From a virus: DNA of 64,000 nucleotides. Position 1 is the first letter of the stretch. Every line of letters starts with the position of its first letter. Made by a program: the position numbers and the translations under genes. Below the pieces are notes generated by a model. It did no database searches, was not told where the DNA came from, and saw nothing but the letters and a program-made list of their open reading frames with translations. The stretch covers positions 1-64,000 of IMG/VR virus record IMGVR_UViG_3300045988_182554; one strand, given 5' to 3'. Positions 1 through 10,090 of this stretch are shown piece after piece.

Positions 1-1
1 G

Positions 2-1189
2 CAGGGAAAGCCGATTGCGGTATGTGGTGACCCGGAAAGGCGAAATGGCATCGTGTTGACTGCCTCGTATCCGGCCAAATGGATGGGCGTGAAAACCGGA
101 ATGGCTTTGTGGGAGGCTCAGCAGCATTGCCGCGACATTATCTTTGTTCCGGCTCATTATGATTTATATACACGATACAGCGGATACACCAGAGAGATAT
201 TCCTCAGATATTCCGACATGGTCGAGCCGTTTGGCTTAGATGAAGCATGGCTTGATTGTACCGCAAGCCAGTCTCTTTTTGGCAGCGGGCAAAAGATAGC
301 CAAGCAAATCTCCGACGCCGTGAAGGATGAGCTCGGCATCACCTGTTCTATCGGCGTGAGCTGGAATAAAGTCTTTGCAAAGCTGGGGTCCGACTATAAG
401 AAACCGGATGCCACCACCATCATATCAAGGTCAAACTGGAAGGATATCGTATTCCCGCTGCCTGCCACGGACCTTTTGTATGTTGGGTCCAGAACGGGGA
501 AAAAGCTGTCAAACTACTGTATCCATACAATCGGTGACTTGGCGACCACCAATCCAAGCTTTCTGAAAGAGAAACTCGGAAAAATCGGTCCCATGCTATG
601 GGGATTCGCCAACGGGCTTGATACGGGAGCAGTGGCGAAATATGAAGGCAGAGAAGCTCAGGCACCTATCAAAAGCATTGGCAACAGTTGGACTACACCA
701 AGAGACTTGTTCACGGATGAAGATGTCTGGATAGTTCTCTACCTGCTTTCAGAAAGCGTGGCAGCAAGGCTCAGAGAGAATCATTTCCGATGTCGAGGGG
801 TAGAAGTGAGCCTCCGAGATTCCAGCCTTTTCAGCTTTGAACGGCAAGTTAAGTTATCTCAGCCAACGATGCAGGAAAAGGATATTGCGGAGGCAGCATA
901 CCAGCTATATAAGAAGAACTACCGATGGAGTGAGCATCTCCGCTCGGTCGGCGTAAGAGCCATCGACCTTCGGCCAGATACGGAACCAAACCAGATATCA
1001 TTTGAGTATAGCGCTGAAAAGCAGGAAGAGATAGAGAAGCTCGAATCGGCTATCGACAGCGTTCGCAATCGATTCGGATACTATTCTGTACAAAGGGCTG
1101 TCATGTACAAGGACCGCTTTCTCTCTCATTGTGATGCAAAGGGAGACCATATGATTCACCCACATGGGTATTTGCAGGAGAGTATCTAA
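2..1189 (+). CDS. Y-family translesion DNA polymerase (DinB/UmuC-like), 5' end truncated by window edge
   Basis: Frame continues upstream of the ORF Met with IAVCGDPERRNGIVLTASY; GLDEAWLD catalytic motif; SIGVSWNKVFAKLGS; little-finger-like C-terminus. Confidence 0.85.
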   Translation, partial: QGKPIAVCGDPERRNGIVLTASYPAKWMGVKTGMALWEAQQHCRDIIFVPAHYDLYTRYSGYTREIFLRYSDMVEPFGLDEAWLDCTASQSLFGSGQKIAKQISDAVKDELGITCSIGVSWNKVFAKLGSDYKKPDATTIISRSNWKDIVFPLPATDLLYVGSRTGKKLSNYCIHTIGDLATTNPSFLKEKLGKIGPMLWGFANGLDTGAVAKYEGREAQAPIKSIGNSWTTPRDLFTDEDVWIVLYLLSESVAARLRENHFRCRGVEVSLRDSSLFSFERQVKLSQPTMQEKDIAEAAYQLYKKNYRWSEHLRSVGVRAIDLRPDTEPNQISFEYSAEKQEEIEKLESAIDSVRNRFGYYSVQRAVMYKDRFLSHCDAKGDHMIHPHGYLQESI

Positions 1190-1192
1190 TCC

Positions 1193-1453
1193 ATGCCAGA
1201 ACAAAGAATTAAAAAATATGTGGAAGTCATTGCCGACTTCTCCCCTGAAGGTATTCTGACCCCTCAGACGGTCATCTGGGACACGGGCCAGAAATTTGAC
1301 ATCACCTGTATCTCGGAGGTGCTGCCACGCAAATACTCAAAGACTGGTGGTGTTGGGGTACGCTATAGCTGCCAGATAGGAAGAGCAAAGACATACCTAT
1401 ACTACGAAGTAGATAAATGGTTCGTCGAAGCAAAGGAGGGACAATGTGAATAA
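1193..1453 (+). CDS. small hypothetical protein downstream of polY (possible YolD-like accessory; unverified)
   Basis: ATG 4 nt after polY stop, preceded by AGGAGAG RBS; 86 aa. Confidence 0.5.
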   Translation: MPEQRIKKYVEVIADFSPEGILTPQTVIWDTGQKFDITCISEVLPRKYSKTGGVGVRYSCQIGRAKTYLYYEVDKWFVEAKEGQCE

Positions 1454-2000
1454 TAAATACCGAGAGCAAACTTGCTGCTTTGTCGGGCACAAAGATATTC
1501 CGCCAGGAGAACAGCTTAAAATATTAGTCAGGGTAGAGCATCGGCTCATTCCACTCATTCAGCAGGGGGTCACCTATTTTGGCATCGGCGGTTCCTTAGG
1601 CTTCGATACCCTCATGGCAGATATGCTGGTTTCCCTGAAAGCTGCGCATCCACGGATTCGGATTATTGAGGTTTTGCCATTTGAGGGATACCGTTCTAAA
1701 TGGAGCTTGGAACAGCAGCGGCACGCAGAGAAGATAGACAAACAGGTGGATAAGATTGTCTATGCGGCGAAAGAGCCAAGCAGGGGAGTATATCTTTTAA
1801 GAGACCGGCATTTAGTGGATTGTTCTGCCTATTGCATCTCCTATTGTACTAGAAATACTGGAGGCACAGCATATACGGTAAAATACGCTCTGGAACATGG
1901 CGTAACGGTGTATAACGCTTCCAGTTTCGATGTGAGCGCCTTGCTTCAGGCTCAGCCGCTTGGGAAGAACGAACAGGTAGTGTCTTCGCACAAAATATGA
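1446..2000 (+). CDS. SLOG-superfamily protein (DUF1273/YpsA-like)
   Basis: GTG start 8 nt after AAGGAGG; CCFVGHKD ... GIGGSLGFDT ... GGTAYTVKYALEHGVTV pattern typical of YpsA/DUF1273 SLOG fold. Confidence 0.6.
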   Translation: MNNKYREQTCCFVGHKDIPPGEQLKILVRVEHRLIPLIQQGVTYFGIGGSLGFDTLMADMLVSLKAAHPRIRIIEVLPFEGYRSKWSLEQQRHAEKIDKQVDKIVYAAKEPSRGVYLLRDRHLVDCSAYCISYCTRNTGGTAYTVKYALEHGVTVYNASSFDVSALLQAQPLGKNEQVVSSHKI

Positions 2001-2284
2001 GGGAGATTTCCTGGCGTTTGGAGAAAGCACCCCTATGACTTTGAGCTTTGCCGCACAAAAAGCGAGCCTCCGCTGCTTGGCGGGGGCTCTTCTTGTATTC
2101 TCAAAAACGTTGAATTCAATTTCACTGAATTCCGATTCAGCATTATTTGGCGTGGCTCAGCTTGGCTCGGCAGCACGATACCATGGCGGCCGAACGCAAT
2201 GATTCTCCAGAACGGAATTCTCGACATTCGGTGCGAATCGTATATAATCTAAATAGTAAACACCAAAAAGAGAGGAGAAAAGCC

Positions 2285-3247
2285 ATGAAGGTCTTAGTCA
2301 TTCCAGATTGCCATTTGAAACCCTGGATGTTTGCGCAGGCAGATGCCATCGTGAAGAAGGGCATTGCGGACAAGGCCGTCTGCCTTATGGACTTGGCAGA
2401 TGATTTCGGGGTACATGGTGATGCACAGTATCTGGAGACCTATGAAACCGCAATCACGTTTGCCAAGGGACATCCAGATACTCTCTGGTGCTACGGGAAC
2501 CATGACCTGAGCTACATTTGGGGAGAGCCGGAAACCGGATTCCATCCGGAAAAGAGAGGACTCGTGTGTCAAGAAATTAAAAAGTTGACAAATGCCTTGC
2601 CAAAGAAAAGCCAAATTGCCTATATCCACAAAATTGACAAAACACTTTTCATGCACGGCGGCCTTGCAAATCTCTTTGTTCAACTCCGGGTAGCACCACA
2701 GAACCGCAAAAATGTTCTCGCGGTTATCAAAGCTATCAACCAGATGGGCTGTGAGACAATGTGGGCAGCGGACTCTCCCATTTGGTATCGCCCGCAGCGG
2801 CTCGTCGCCACCATTGCCTTTCTTGCGATAATCGCGGGGCTTTCCGCCAATCATCAGACAACGAATCCCGAATGGAGCATCCGCGTGTGTCACAAACGAA
2901 GACCGGAACGACGCATCAGTGGGCAGGACATCCGGCAAATCACAGGCGAGAGAAGTGTACAGCCAGAGAATCAGATTCGTGACGCTGTCAACCAGCTCTG
3001 GAAATTGAGCTCGGTCAGTCAAAATATAAAACCACTCGGTGCTTGTGTTATAGTATCCGGCCAGGTCACCGAACTTGGTTACGATTTTATACAGACACAC
3101 AATCTCGTTGTCGCGGCAAGTCTCTTTCAGCTTAATTTCCTGTATCAGCTGGCAGACATCAAACTGAAACAATGCACCGTTGGCGGGAAGAGTTCTGCGG
3201 CGATGGTGCAGCGTATCTTTCAGAAACTCTGTTGTATATTTGGGTGA
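2285..3247 (+). CDS. calcineurin-like metallophosphoesterase (3' extent uncertain)
   Basis: AGAGGAG RBS then ATG; motifs VIPDCHL (DxH), DLADDFG, GNHD, MHGG; region after about 2800 lacks further motifs and is in exact antisense register with the minus ORF. Confidence 0.5.
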   Translation: MKVLVIPDCHLKPWMFAQADAIVKKGIADKAVCLMDLADDFGVHGDAQYLETYETAITFAKGHPDTLWCYGNHDLSYIWGEPETGFHPEKRGLVCQEIKKLTNALPKKSQIAYIHKIDKTLFMHGGLANLFVQLRVAPQNRKNVLAVIKAINQMGCETMWAADSPIWYRPQRLVATIAFLAIIAGLSANHQTTNPEWSIRVCHKRRPERRISGQDIRQITGERSVQPENQIRDAVNQLWKLSSVSQNIKPLGACVIVSGQVTELGYDFIQTHNLVVAASLFQLNFLYQLADIKLKQCTVGGKSSAAMVQRIFQKLCCIFG

Positions 3248-4126
3248 GATGGGCTTTGGCCACCAGGACCACATGTTCGGAGTATTCTCAATCAGCGGCT
3301 TGTCCGGCAGCATGTCCACGGTATACTCGTTCACATAGGTGGCCATCGAAAGAACTGTGTTTGTATACAAATGCGAGAGCAAAGCGAGGTCGTTGATGCT
3401 ATCGAAATCTGCTACATTCTCATAGCCATAACGCTTGTAGTACGAAAAGACCATATCCAGGCGTCTATCTTCAGAAATCTGAAAATCGCATTTATCGTAT
3501 GGCCGATTATTGAAAAGGGCTTCACTATAATAGACTGGAACATCCGCAAGGGGATAGGGGTCCCGAATGATAATAGGCTCATTCTCAGTCGAAATGCCAA
3601 CAATGTTGTTCACAATGTCAAATTCCTGAGGCTTGAGGTATTCGCTTCCCTGCATCAGCATATCGATTACCGCGTACAAGACAGAATCATTACGTTCCAC
3701 ATTTTCGTCAATGGATAATCCTGAATGAACACATTCCTGCGCATAGGCAATAGCCTTGAAATACAGAGCATAGTCCTTATTCTTCTTGATGGGCTTTGTG
3801 AGCCCCTGCAAAAACTGATGATAGCCTTTAATGAAGTTGTCGGGGTTTGCCATGGCAAGCTCTACCTGAGAGCTGACGGCCTCAATGATGGGTTTGCACT
3901 CCTCAGCTTCACGGACCAGGTGAAAGAGGAAAGTAGATGCTTTCGCAAAATCCATGTCATGCAATGTCGTCGCAACCTGGCAAGCGCTGGACAGGGTTCT
4001 TCTCTGAAATACCCAGATAGACTCGCCCTTGCTCCGGTATTTCTTATCCCATATGGGAACGTATTTATCGACTAAGGCATTACCGAAATCTTCCCGCACT
4101 GCCAAAACACCATTTTCGTTCTGCAC
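2294..4126 (-). CDS. hypothetical protein, second gene of HD-protein operon (3' extent uncertain)
   Basis: GTG start 5 nt after AGGAGG, overlapping stop of upstream HD gene; N-terminal about 440 aa read as natural protein; distal part overlaps phosphoesterase in same codon register. Confidence 0.5.
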   Translation of the reverse strand: MQNENGVLAVREDFGNALVDKYVPIWDKKYRSKGESIWVFQRRTLSSACQVATTLHDMDFAKASTFLFHLVREAEECKPIIEAVSSQVELAMANPDNFIKGYHQFLQGLTKPIKKNKDYALYFKAIAYAQECVHSGLSIDENVERNDSVLYAVIDMLMQGSEYLKPQEFDIVNNIVGISTENEPIIIRDPYPLADVPVYYSEALFNNRPYDKCDFQISEDRRLDMVFSYYKRYGYENVADFDSINDLALLSHLYTNTVLSMATYVNEYTVDMLPDKPLIENTPNMWSWWPKPISPKYTTEFLKDTLHHRRRTLPANGALFQFDVCQLIQEIKLKETCRDNEIVCLYKIVTKFGDLAGYYNTSTEWFYILTDRAQFPELVDSVTNLILWLYTSLACDLPDVLPTDASFRSSFVTHADAPFGIRCLMIGGKPRDYRKKGNGGDEPLRAIPNGRVRCPHCLTAHLVDSFDNRENIFAVLWCYPELNKEICKAAVHEKCFVNFVDIGNLAFLWQGICQLFNFLTHESSLFRMESGFRLSPNVAQVMVPVAPESIWMSLGKRDCGFIGLQILCITMYPEIICQVHKADGLVRNALLHDGICLRKHPGFQMAIWND

Positions 4127-4136
4127 AGTATCCTCC

Positions 4137-5597
4137 TCATAGTTTCAGCTGCCCTACACAGCTCTGCGCAGTGGGCAGTAGTTTGTGGGTTATCTCGTTA
4201 CGGAAATACTTAGGGTCCACGGCCCGCATTCCGAACCGCACACGGTCCAGGGCATCTGCATCCTTGAGAATCGTATATAGCAGCCACACCCGTTCTTTGT
4301 TTCGAATATTGGATGTTTTGAGGTCTGCAAGAGCCTTGCGGTCATCCAAGCAATGATACTCGATGAGGAAAGCAGTTGCCGAATTGCATTCGGGAACAGC
4401 ATCATGGTAAATGTCATTGGACTTTGCTCCGTGGCTGTCATCGACATCATCGTTTGTCCGCCCAATATCATGATAAAGAATCGCATCACATAGCTGGTGG
4501 GATTCATTTTTTGTTAAGGCAATGCCCTGAACCTGAACCAAAAGCAGCGCATCAAAGAGAACTCGCAGCGTATGCTCGGCGTCGTGCTCCTCATCATTAG
4601 CCCGGCCATAAGCATCATACAGAGTGGAAATGCGGCTCCGGTAGCGCTGGTAGAGAGGGTAGAGCGCCTGGATTTCGTCTGTCAGAGCGTTGATACCGAG
4701 AAGCACATCGACCTTTACATCTTTTACGGCAGCCGGTAGGACAAGGACCTCTTTTTCCTCATCGTCCGGAAAATACTCGATAATATCACTTTTGTTGATA
4801 TGGGCAGTGATGATTCTGCTGTTCTCGAGACTCGGAATGCGGCAGGCGAAGAAACAGGCTGCCTTGTAGCTCGTGGTCCAGGAAAAGGACTTTTTGTATG
4901 TAGTAGACTTGCTGCCTTCCCCACGATAAACAGTCACGGTATCCGGCAGGCTGGATAGCCTCTTTATAGTATCCTGCTTTTGTTTCTGAGATTTTCCGGC
5001 AAAGACTTTTTGGAGGTCATTCTCCCTGAGAGCAGAGAAGCCAAAGTCGCTGGTACGATAAAGGTCCAGAAAGAGTGAGTACAGGTCCTCGTCAGGGTTA
5101 GACAACTCAATGTACCTGGAAAGAACAGACACACGAAGGCTGTCTTCCAGGGAGAAAAGGTAACTGCGGATAAAGGGGGCATTTCCCGTTGAAATGTTTT
5201 CAGCTGCGCCTAAAACTCTCTGCTGGAATTTCTCATCTGATTCGCTGTTCACAGCCAGACGCTTGTCCCCGTAAATGTTCAGAGAGAGAACAATGGGAAC
5301 GGTCGTGCTATCGAACTCGCAATAATAAAGAGGAGCAAGCATATTGTGCGCAGCATAAATCTTGCCAACGGGGAGTCTCGGATACTTTTTAGCGAATTCA
5401 GTGGCCGTTATACCGATGCTGTAGCCTTCTTTGTAGTACCGTTCAATGTCAGCACTTGTCTGCACTGCAGTGAGGGGTAGCATCGTCTCGAGACTTGCTT
5501 GGTTGATGCTTACAAGAATATCCCCGACCGTCATTGTTTTTCGGACTTCCAACTTTTCACGGGTTGCCCCGTTACTCAGTATGGATTTCTGCTTCAT
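4137..5597 (-). CDS. HD-domain phosphohydrolase with about 300-aa N-terminal domain of unknown function
   Basis: C-terminal H..HD..H..D pattern (HDAEHTLRVL ... LYHDIGR ... LKDADALDR). Confidence 0.7.
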   Translation of the reverse strand: MKQKSILSNGATREKLEVRKTMTVGDILVSINQASLETMLPLTAVQTSADIERYYKEGYSIGITATEFAKKYPRLPVGKIYAAHNMLAPLYYCEFDSTTVPIVLSLNIYGDKRLAVNSESDEKFQQRVLGAAENISTGNAPFIRSYLFSLEDSLRVSVLSRYIELSNPDEDLYSLFLDLYRTSDFGFSALRENDLQKVFAGKSQKQKQDTIKRLSSLPDTVTVYRGEGSKSTTYKKSFSWTTSYKAACFFACRIPSLENSRIITAHINKSDIIEYFPDDEEKEVLVLPAAVKDVKVDVLLGINALTDEIQALYPLYQRYRSRISTLYDAYGRANDEEHDAEHTLRVLFDALLLVQVQGIALTKNESHQLCDAILYHDIGRTNDDVDDSHGAKSNDIYHDAVPECNSATAFLIEYHCLDDRKALADLKTSNIRNKERVWLLYTILKDADALDRVRFGMRAVDPKYFRNEITHKLLPTAQSCVGQLKL

Positions 5598-5599
5598 AG

Positions 5600-7040
5600 A
5601 GCGAGCTTACCGCAGGCCGCAGCCCTTGATAGAGGCTCACTCTCCACAGACTTTAAGATTCGGTCGTCCTGACCGTACTGTTCGCCTGTGGTTATGAGGT
5701 GGCTGGCATAGCCAGCATGTCCATTCCTTTCTTTAGAATATTTTCTGCTGCATTTTTATCCCTATCGTGTGATGTATTACACTTCGGGCAGACCCAATGC
5801 CGCACATTGAGGCTTTTAACCTCTTTGTTTTGGTATCCGCAGCAGGAACAGGTCTGGCTGCTTGGATAGAATGTTGGTACTTTGACAACTACTCTTCCTG
5901 CCCAACTGGATTTATAATCAAGTTGTCGAAAAAATTCTCCCCAAGAAGCGTCAGAAATACTTTTAGCAAGGTTACGATTACGAACCATACCCTTTACATT
6001 GAGGTCTTCTACACAGATGATTTGGTTTTCTTTCACCAGTGTGGACGACAACTTATGTAGGGTATCTTTTCGTTTGTTGGTTATTTTTTCGTGGCAGCGA
6101 GCCACCTTGATGCGCTGCTTTTCCCAGTTGGCAGAGCCTTTCTTCTTGCGTGACAGTTTTTTCTGCTCACGCTTTAGTTTAGCTTCCGCTTTCTGTAGAT
6201 ACTTATGGTTTGGATGTTCGTTTCCATTGCTGTCAACAGCAAAAGATTTGATGCCAACATCCAAGCCGATAGCGGCATTCTTAACAGGAAGCGGTGCTAC
6301 TTCTACTTCGCAAAGAATGCTTACATAGTATTTTCCGCTTGCTGAACGACGGATTGTTGCCTTGCAAATACGACCTTCAATGTTGCGGCTTTTGCGATAG
6401 CGCACCTTTCCAAGTGTAGGAAGCTGAATGTACTTATCGTCAACTTTAATGCTTTTTGCTTTAGTAGTTGTATAACTTTCTTCTCCTCTTTTTCGTTTGA
6501 ATTGAGGGAATCCTTTACCGTCTTTGAAAAAGCCTTTATAGGCATTATCTAACTGACGACAGCTATATTTGAGTGCTTGGCTATCCGCTTCTGCAAGCCA
6601 AGGAAGATAGGTCTTCATCTGAGGAAGTAGATTTTGCGTATCAATATAGCTCATGCTTTCGCCGCGCCGCCTATAGGCTTTTATTCGCCTATCTAATATA
6701 GAGTTATATATAAAGCGGCAGCAGCCGAGCGTTTTATTGATTTTTACTTCCTGCTCTTCTGTAGGCTCTAGCCGAAATTTATAGCCTTTATGTACTTTCA
6801 AGGTGATTCACCTCCTTTATGGATTTTTGTACTTGTGAATTGGTCAAACCACCGGAAAAAGTTGAATAGCCTGTTTTTCTCCTCCCACAATTCTTTCTAA
6901 CATAATTATATCATATTTTACAGATGGACGGGCCAAAATCGCAACTTTGTTCATGAATACTTAACCTTTATGCACGAGATTTATTGTTGCCTTAATATAT
7001 AAAACTAGAGCCCCGTCATCTTGGATGGGGCTCTTGAGTT
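5600..7040 (-). mobile_element. IS1341-type (tnpB-only) IS200/IS605 element, approximate extent including presumed ends and omega-RNA region
   Basis: tnpB plus upstream hairpin AGAGCCCC-N12-GGGGCTCT at 7007-7036 and hairpin GCTGGCATAGCCAGC at 5701-5717 near the tnpB 3' end; boundaries not determined. Confidence 0.45.
5692..6801 (-). CDS. tnpB: IS200/IS605-family TnpB (OrfB) RNA-guided endonuclease, apparently intact
   Basis: [11 protein letters not shown]-terminus; Ruv[13 protein letters not shown]; Ruv[10 protein letters not shown]; zinc finger CSCCGYQN...CPKCN; Ruv[15 protein letters not shown]. Confidence 0.9.
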   Translation of the reverse strand: MKVHKGYKFRLEPTEEQEVKINKTLGCCRFIYNSILDRRIKAYRRRGESMSYIDTQNLLPQMKTYLPWLAEADSQALKYSCRQLDNAYKGFFKDGKGFPQFKRKRGEESYTTTKAKSIKVDDKYIQLPTLGKVRYRKSRNIEGRICKATIRRSASGKYYVSILCEVEVAPLPVKNAAIGLDVGIKSFAVDSNGNEHPNHKYLQKAEAKLKREQKKLSRKKKGSANWEKQRIKVARCHEKITNKRKDTLHKLSSTLVKENQIICVEDLNVKGMVRNRNLAKSISDASWGEFFRQLDYKSSWAGRVVVKVPTFYPSSQTCSCCGYQNKEVKSLNVRHWVCPKCNTSHDRDKNAAENILKKGMDMLAMPATS

Positions 7041-7318
7041 GTAGCTGGAGGTGTATCTCATTTTGTGCCAGGGGTATTGTATGGTAGTTTTCGAAAATGA
7101 GTGCAAAAAAACAAACACCAGAAGTCAAACTCAAAAATATCTTAGTCTTGGCAAGTTTACCCTTGCGCTGCTGTGCGAACTTCGTACAATAAGAATTGTA
7201 CAAGAGAAACGGCAAGAGACATTTAGTTGGTCGCCACGAATCGATGCCGTGTCTGCTTGCGCATAATTACCTCTTTTCGAAGCCCACAGGTCATTCTCTC
7301 ACCTGTGGGTTTTGTTTA

Positions 7319-7346
7319 TTGCGGAATCGTGCGAATTGCAGACAAT
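7319..7346 (+). promoter_or_regulatory. island promoter-operator module copy 1 (TTGCGG-16-GACAAT; spacer operator CGTGCGAATTGCA)
   Basis: Member of a 16-copy family; upstream of flotillin operon. Confidence 0.6.
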
Positions 7347-7439
7347 TAAAGACAGAGCGATTGTGAGATGGGGCGATACCGATGCAGTAGGGATGAGAAT
7401 CTTAGCAGCTAAAAAACTGAATGTGGAGAAATAAAAATT

Positions 7440-9083
7440 ATGGTATACGTGATTGGAATTGTAGCAGCCCTGATTATTCTCTTTGGATTTCTCTGCTACA
7501 AGAAAGCTCCGCCCACGGAGGCTATCGTTGTGACCGGCTTTGGTCTGTCTAAGCCTAAAGTGGTTTGCGGAAAGGGTACATTTGTTCTGCCCGTTCTTCA
7601 ACGGGCTGACCGACTGAATATGCGCCTTCTGAAAATTGACGTCAAAACTCCTGAAACAGGTGTTAAGACGAAGAACGGCGTAAGTCTTTGGATTGACTCT
7701 GTTGTCACGATTCAAGTTTACAGCGAAAACTCTACCGTTCTGGATGAAGAAGTGAAGGCATCCGGTCTGAAAGACGCCAAGGCGTACATCATGTCCCGCC
7801 AGCAGGCAGCCATCTCGAACTTTCTCGGCATGAACGAGCAGGGCATCAATGAGAAAGTTAATGACGTTCTGCAGGGCAATTTGCGTGAGATTGTCTCTGA
7901 CATGACCGTTGACCAAATTCTGACGAACCGCAAGCAGATGGCTGTGAGCGTTATCGAGAATGCTCGCCCCGACCTTGCTAAGATGGGACTTGAGGTCGTG
8001 ACTTTTAATGTCCAGGACATCAGGGATGCAGTGGATGTTCAAGGCCACAATCACGGCGTTATCGAAGCTATCGGCATCGAACAGGAAGAGCTCGTAAAGA
8101 AACAGGCTGAAATTGCCCGTGCTCAGGCTGCCCGTGATGTAGCCTGCGCGAAGGCCGATGCTGAGATGGCTGCAAATGCCAAGGAAGTTGAAGCGCAGAC
8201 TGCGATTGCAAAACGCAACAATGAATTGCAGCTCGCCAAGGCAAAGCTGAAAGCTGAAGCTGATAAAGCTGCGGCTGACGCAGATGCTGCCGGTCAGATT
8301 CAGATGAATCTCCGCGCCAAAGAAATCAAAGAAGCGGAAGCGGATGCTGAAATCGCCAAGCAGAAGAAAATGGTAGACCTTGCCGCACAGGAAGCTGAGG
8401 TCCAGCAACGCAAACTGGATGCGGAAGTCCGCAAACAGGCAGATGCTGACCTGTACCGCCGCCAGAAAGAGGCAGAAGCCAAGAAATATGAGGCGGAACG
8501 TGCAGCTGAGGCACAGAAGTTCTCCAAGCAGCAGGAAGCAGAAGGCATTGAGCTTGTCGGTAAGGCAGAAGCTGAAGCGATTCGTCAGAAAGGCTTGGCT
8601 GAAGCGGAAGCCATGAAACAGAAAGCAGAGGCATATAAGCAGTATAACGATGCGGCTGTGGCTGAAATGCTCATCAAGGTTCTTCCTGACATTGCCAAGA
8701 GCGTGGCTCAGCCTTTGTCCAGCATTGATAAGGTTTCTATCATTGGCGGTGACGCCTCCGGCGTATCCGGCGTTTCCGGGAACGTTCCTATCCTGATGGC
8801 TCAAACCATGCAGACGGTGAAAGAAGCGACCGGCATTGACATGGGCGAAATTGTCCGTGCCAACAGCATCCAGGCAAAGACCGACCGCAACATCAACATT
8901 ATGACTCAATGTGAACAGCCTGAGAATAACAAAGAGAAAGGAGGTGCCAAGGCAATGGAACGCGTAGAAGGCGGCTATCTGATTCATGAGAAGAGTCTCA
9001 ACGGTGAGAAAGTCACTCATTTTCGACCGGATGTGACCGAAGAAGAGAAGGCTATCATGAAAGGCAAAAAGGCCAAAGATTAA
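7440..9083 (+). CDS. flotillin-like SPFH/band-7 protein
   Basis: N-terminal TM helix, SPFH domain, long Ala/Glu/Lys/Gln-rich coiled coil typical of FloT/YuaG. Confidence 0.85.
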   Translation: MVYVIGIVAALIILFGFLCYKKAPPTEAIVVTGFGLSKPKVVCGKGTFVLPVLQRADRLNMRLLKIDVKTPETGVKTKNGVSLWIDSVVTIQVYSENSTVLDEEVKASGLKDAKAYIMSRQQAAISNFLGMNEQGINEKVNDVLQGNLREIVSDMTVDQILTNRKQMAVSVIENARPDLAKMGLEVVTFNVQDIRDAVDVQGHNHGVIEAIGIEQEELVKKQAEIARAQAARDVACAKADAEMAANAKEVEAQTAIAKRNNELQLAKAKLKAEADKAAADADAAGQIQMNLRAKEIKEAEADAEIAKQKKMVDLAAQEAEVQQRKLDAEVRKQADADLYRRQKEAEAKKYEAERAAEAQKFSKQQEAEGIELVGKAEAEAIRQKGLAEAEAMKQKAEAYKQYNDAAVAEMLIKVLPDIAKSVAQPLSSIDKVSIIGGDASGVSGVSGNVPILMAQTMQTVKEATGIDMGEIVRANSIQAKTDRNINIMTQCEQPENNKEKGGAKAMERVEGGYLIHEKSLNGEKVTHFRPDVTEEEKAIMKGKKAKD

Positions 9084-9203
9084 AGACAACATGAAAAGAG
9101 GGTGACTCGAAAGAGCCATCCTTTTTTCTGTTGTGACGCAAACGAAAAGTTCATGGTGGCCATCCAATTTAGGTGACTGTCTTTTTTGCATGTTAAGACT
9201 TTG

Positions 9204-9231
9204 TTGCTGAATTGTGCGAATTGAAGATAAT
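9204..9231 (+). promoter_or_regulatory. promoter-operator copy 2 (TTGCTG-16-GATAAT)
   Basis: Spacer TGTGCGAATTGAA; upstream of 9286 gene. Confidence 0.6.
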
Positions 9232-9285
9232 TAAAAACAAAAGATGCTTTGTATCAAATCGATTGAAACCGAAGAGGTGAAGTTA

Positions 9286-10089
9286 ATGCTTGGCGTGAGT
9301 TTGATTATCATAGCAGCGGCTATAGTCTACATGGTCGAAACCTATATCAGCACCTATTACACTATCGAATACATGCACGGAACATCGCTGTTCCTTATCC
9401 TCCTTGCGAAATATGGCACGCCAGTCCTGTTCCTGCTGCTCTGCGCCTACATTGCATATCGCAATTTTCTCAAAAAGCAGAAAGCTGCGGCTTCTGCTGC
9501 ATCTGAACGGCCTACAAGCAAAGAAGAGCTGTATACCAACAAAATTCAAACGGCAGTAAAGACAAAAAGCGTCTTCTCAGAGCAGGCTGACCAAATGCTG
9601 TATCAGGTACGGCGCTTCGGGCAAAAAATGGCCGTTGCCTACAGCATGACCCAGGATAGCAAGACATCCGGGGAACAAGCCAAGTGCCTGACGTTATTGG
9701 AATCCGCAGAACGTATCTTCTATGACCGACTGGATGACGCGATTCGCTCGGCTTCAATGTTTGATGAAACGGAATACAAGGCTTTCTGTCAAGGCTCTAT
9801 CTCGTTTGGAAACAAAGAAGAAGCTCAGAAAAAGAAAGAAATCTACAATGGTATCGTAAGTACCGTGGATAAAGTAGTTCATGACAATGAACGCTTAATC
9901 CTCCGATTGGATTCTTTAGCATACGCTCTGAACCAACGTTCTGCCCAGAATCCGTGGGATACAGAGGTTGTGCTCGCAATGTCAAAGCTCGATGCTGTCA
10001 TTAACAAGACGACGCAGGATATTGAACAGGATGAAGATATCAGTCGTGAGGCTATGAAACGATATAACAACTTGAAAGGAGAAATTTAA
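9286..10089 (+). CDS. membrane protein (two N-terminal TM helices plus helical cytoplasmic domain)
   Basis: GAGGTG RBS then ATG; hydrophobic segments LGVSLIIIAAAIVYMV and SLFLILLAKYGTPVLFLLLCAYIAY. Confidence 0.55.
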   Translation: MLGVSLIIIAAAIVYMVETYISTYYTIEYMHGTSLFLILLAKYGTPVLFLLLCAYIAYRNFLKKQKAAASAASERPTSKEELYTNKIQTAVKTKSVFSEQADQMLYQVRRFGQKMAVAYSMTQDSKTSGEQAKCLTLLESAERIFYDRLDDAIRSASMFDETEYKAFCQGSISFGNKEEAQKKKEIYNGIVSTVDKVVHDNERLILRLDSLAYALNQRSAQNPWDTEVVLAMSKLDAVINKTTQDIEQDEDISREAMKRYNNLKGEI

Positions 10090-10090
10090 C

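Noticed and set aside
6961-7215. 84-aa minus ORF between tnpB and the flotillin promoter
   Set aside because: Contains the IS-end/terminator hairpin; no RBS; most likely non-coding IS left-end sequence.
7299-9191. 630-aa minus-strand ORF
   Set aside because: Exact antisense of the flotillin gene; Cys/Phe/Leu-rich junk composition. The plus-strand gene has SPFH and coiled-coil features.
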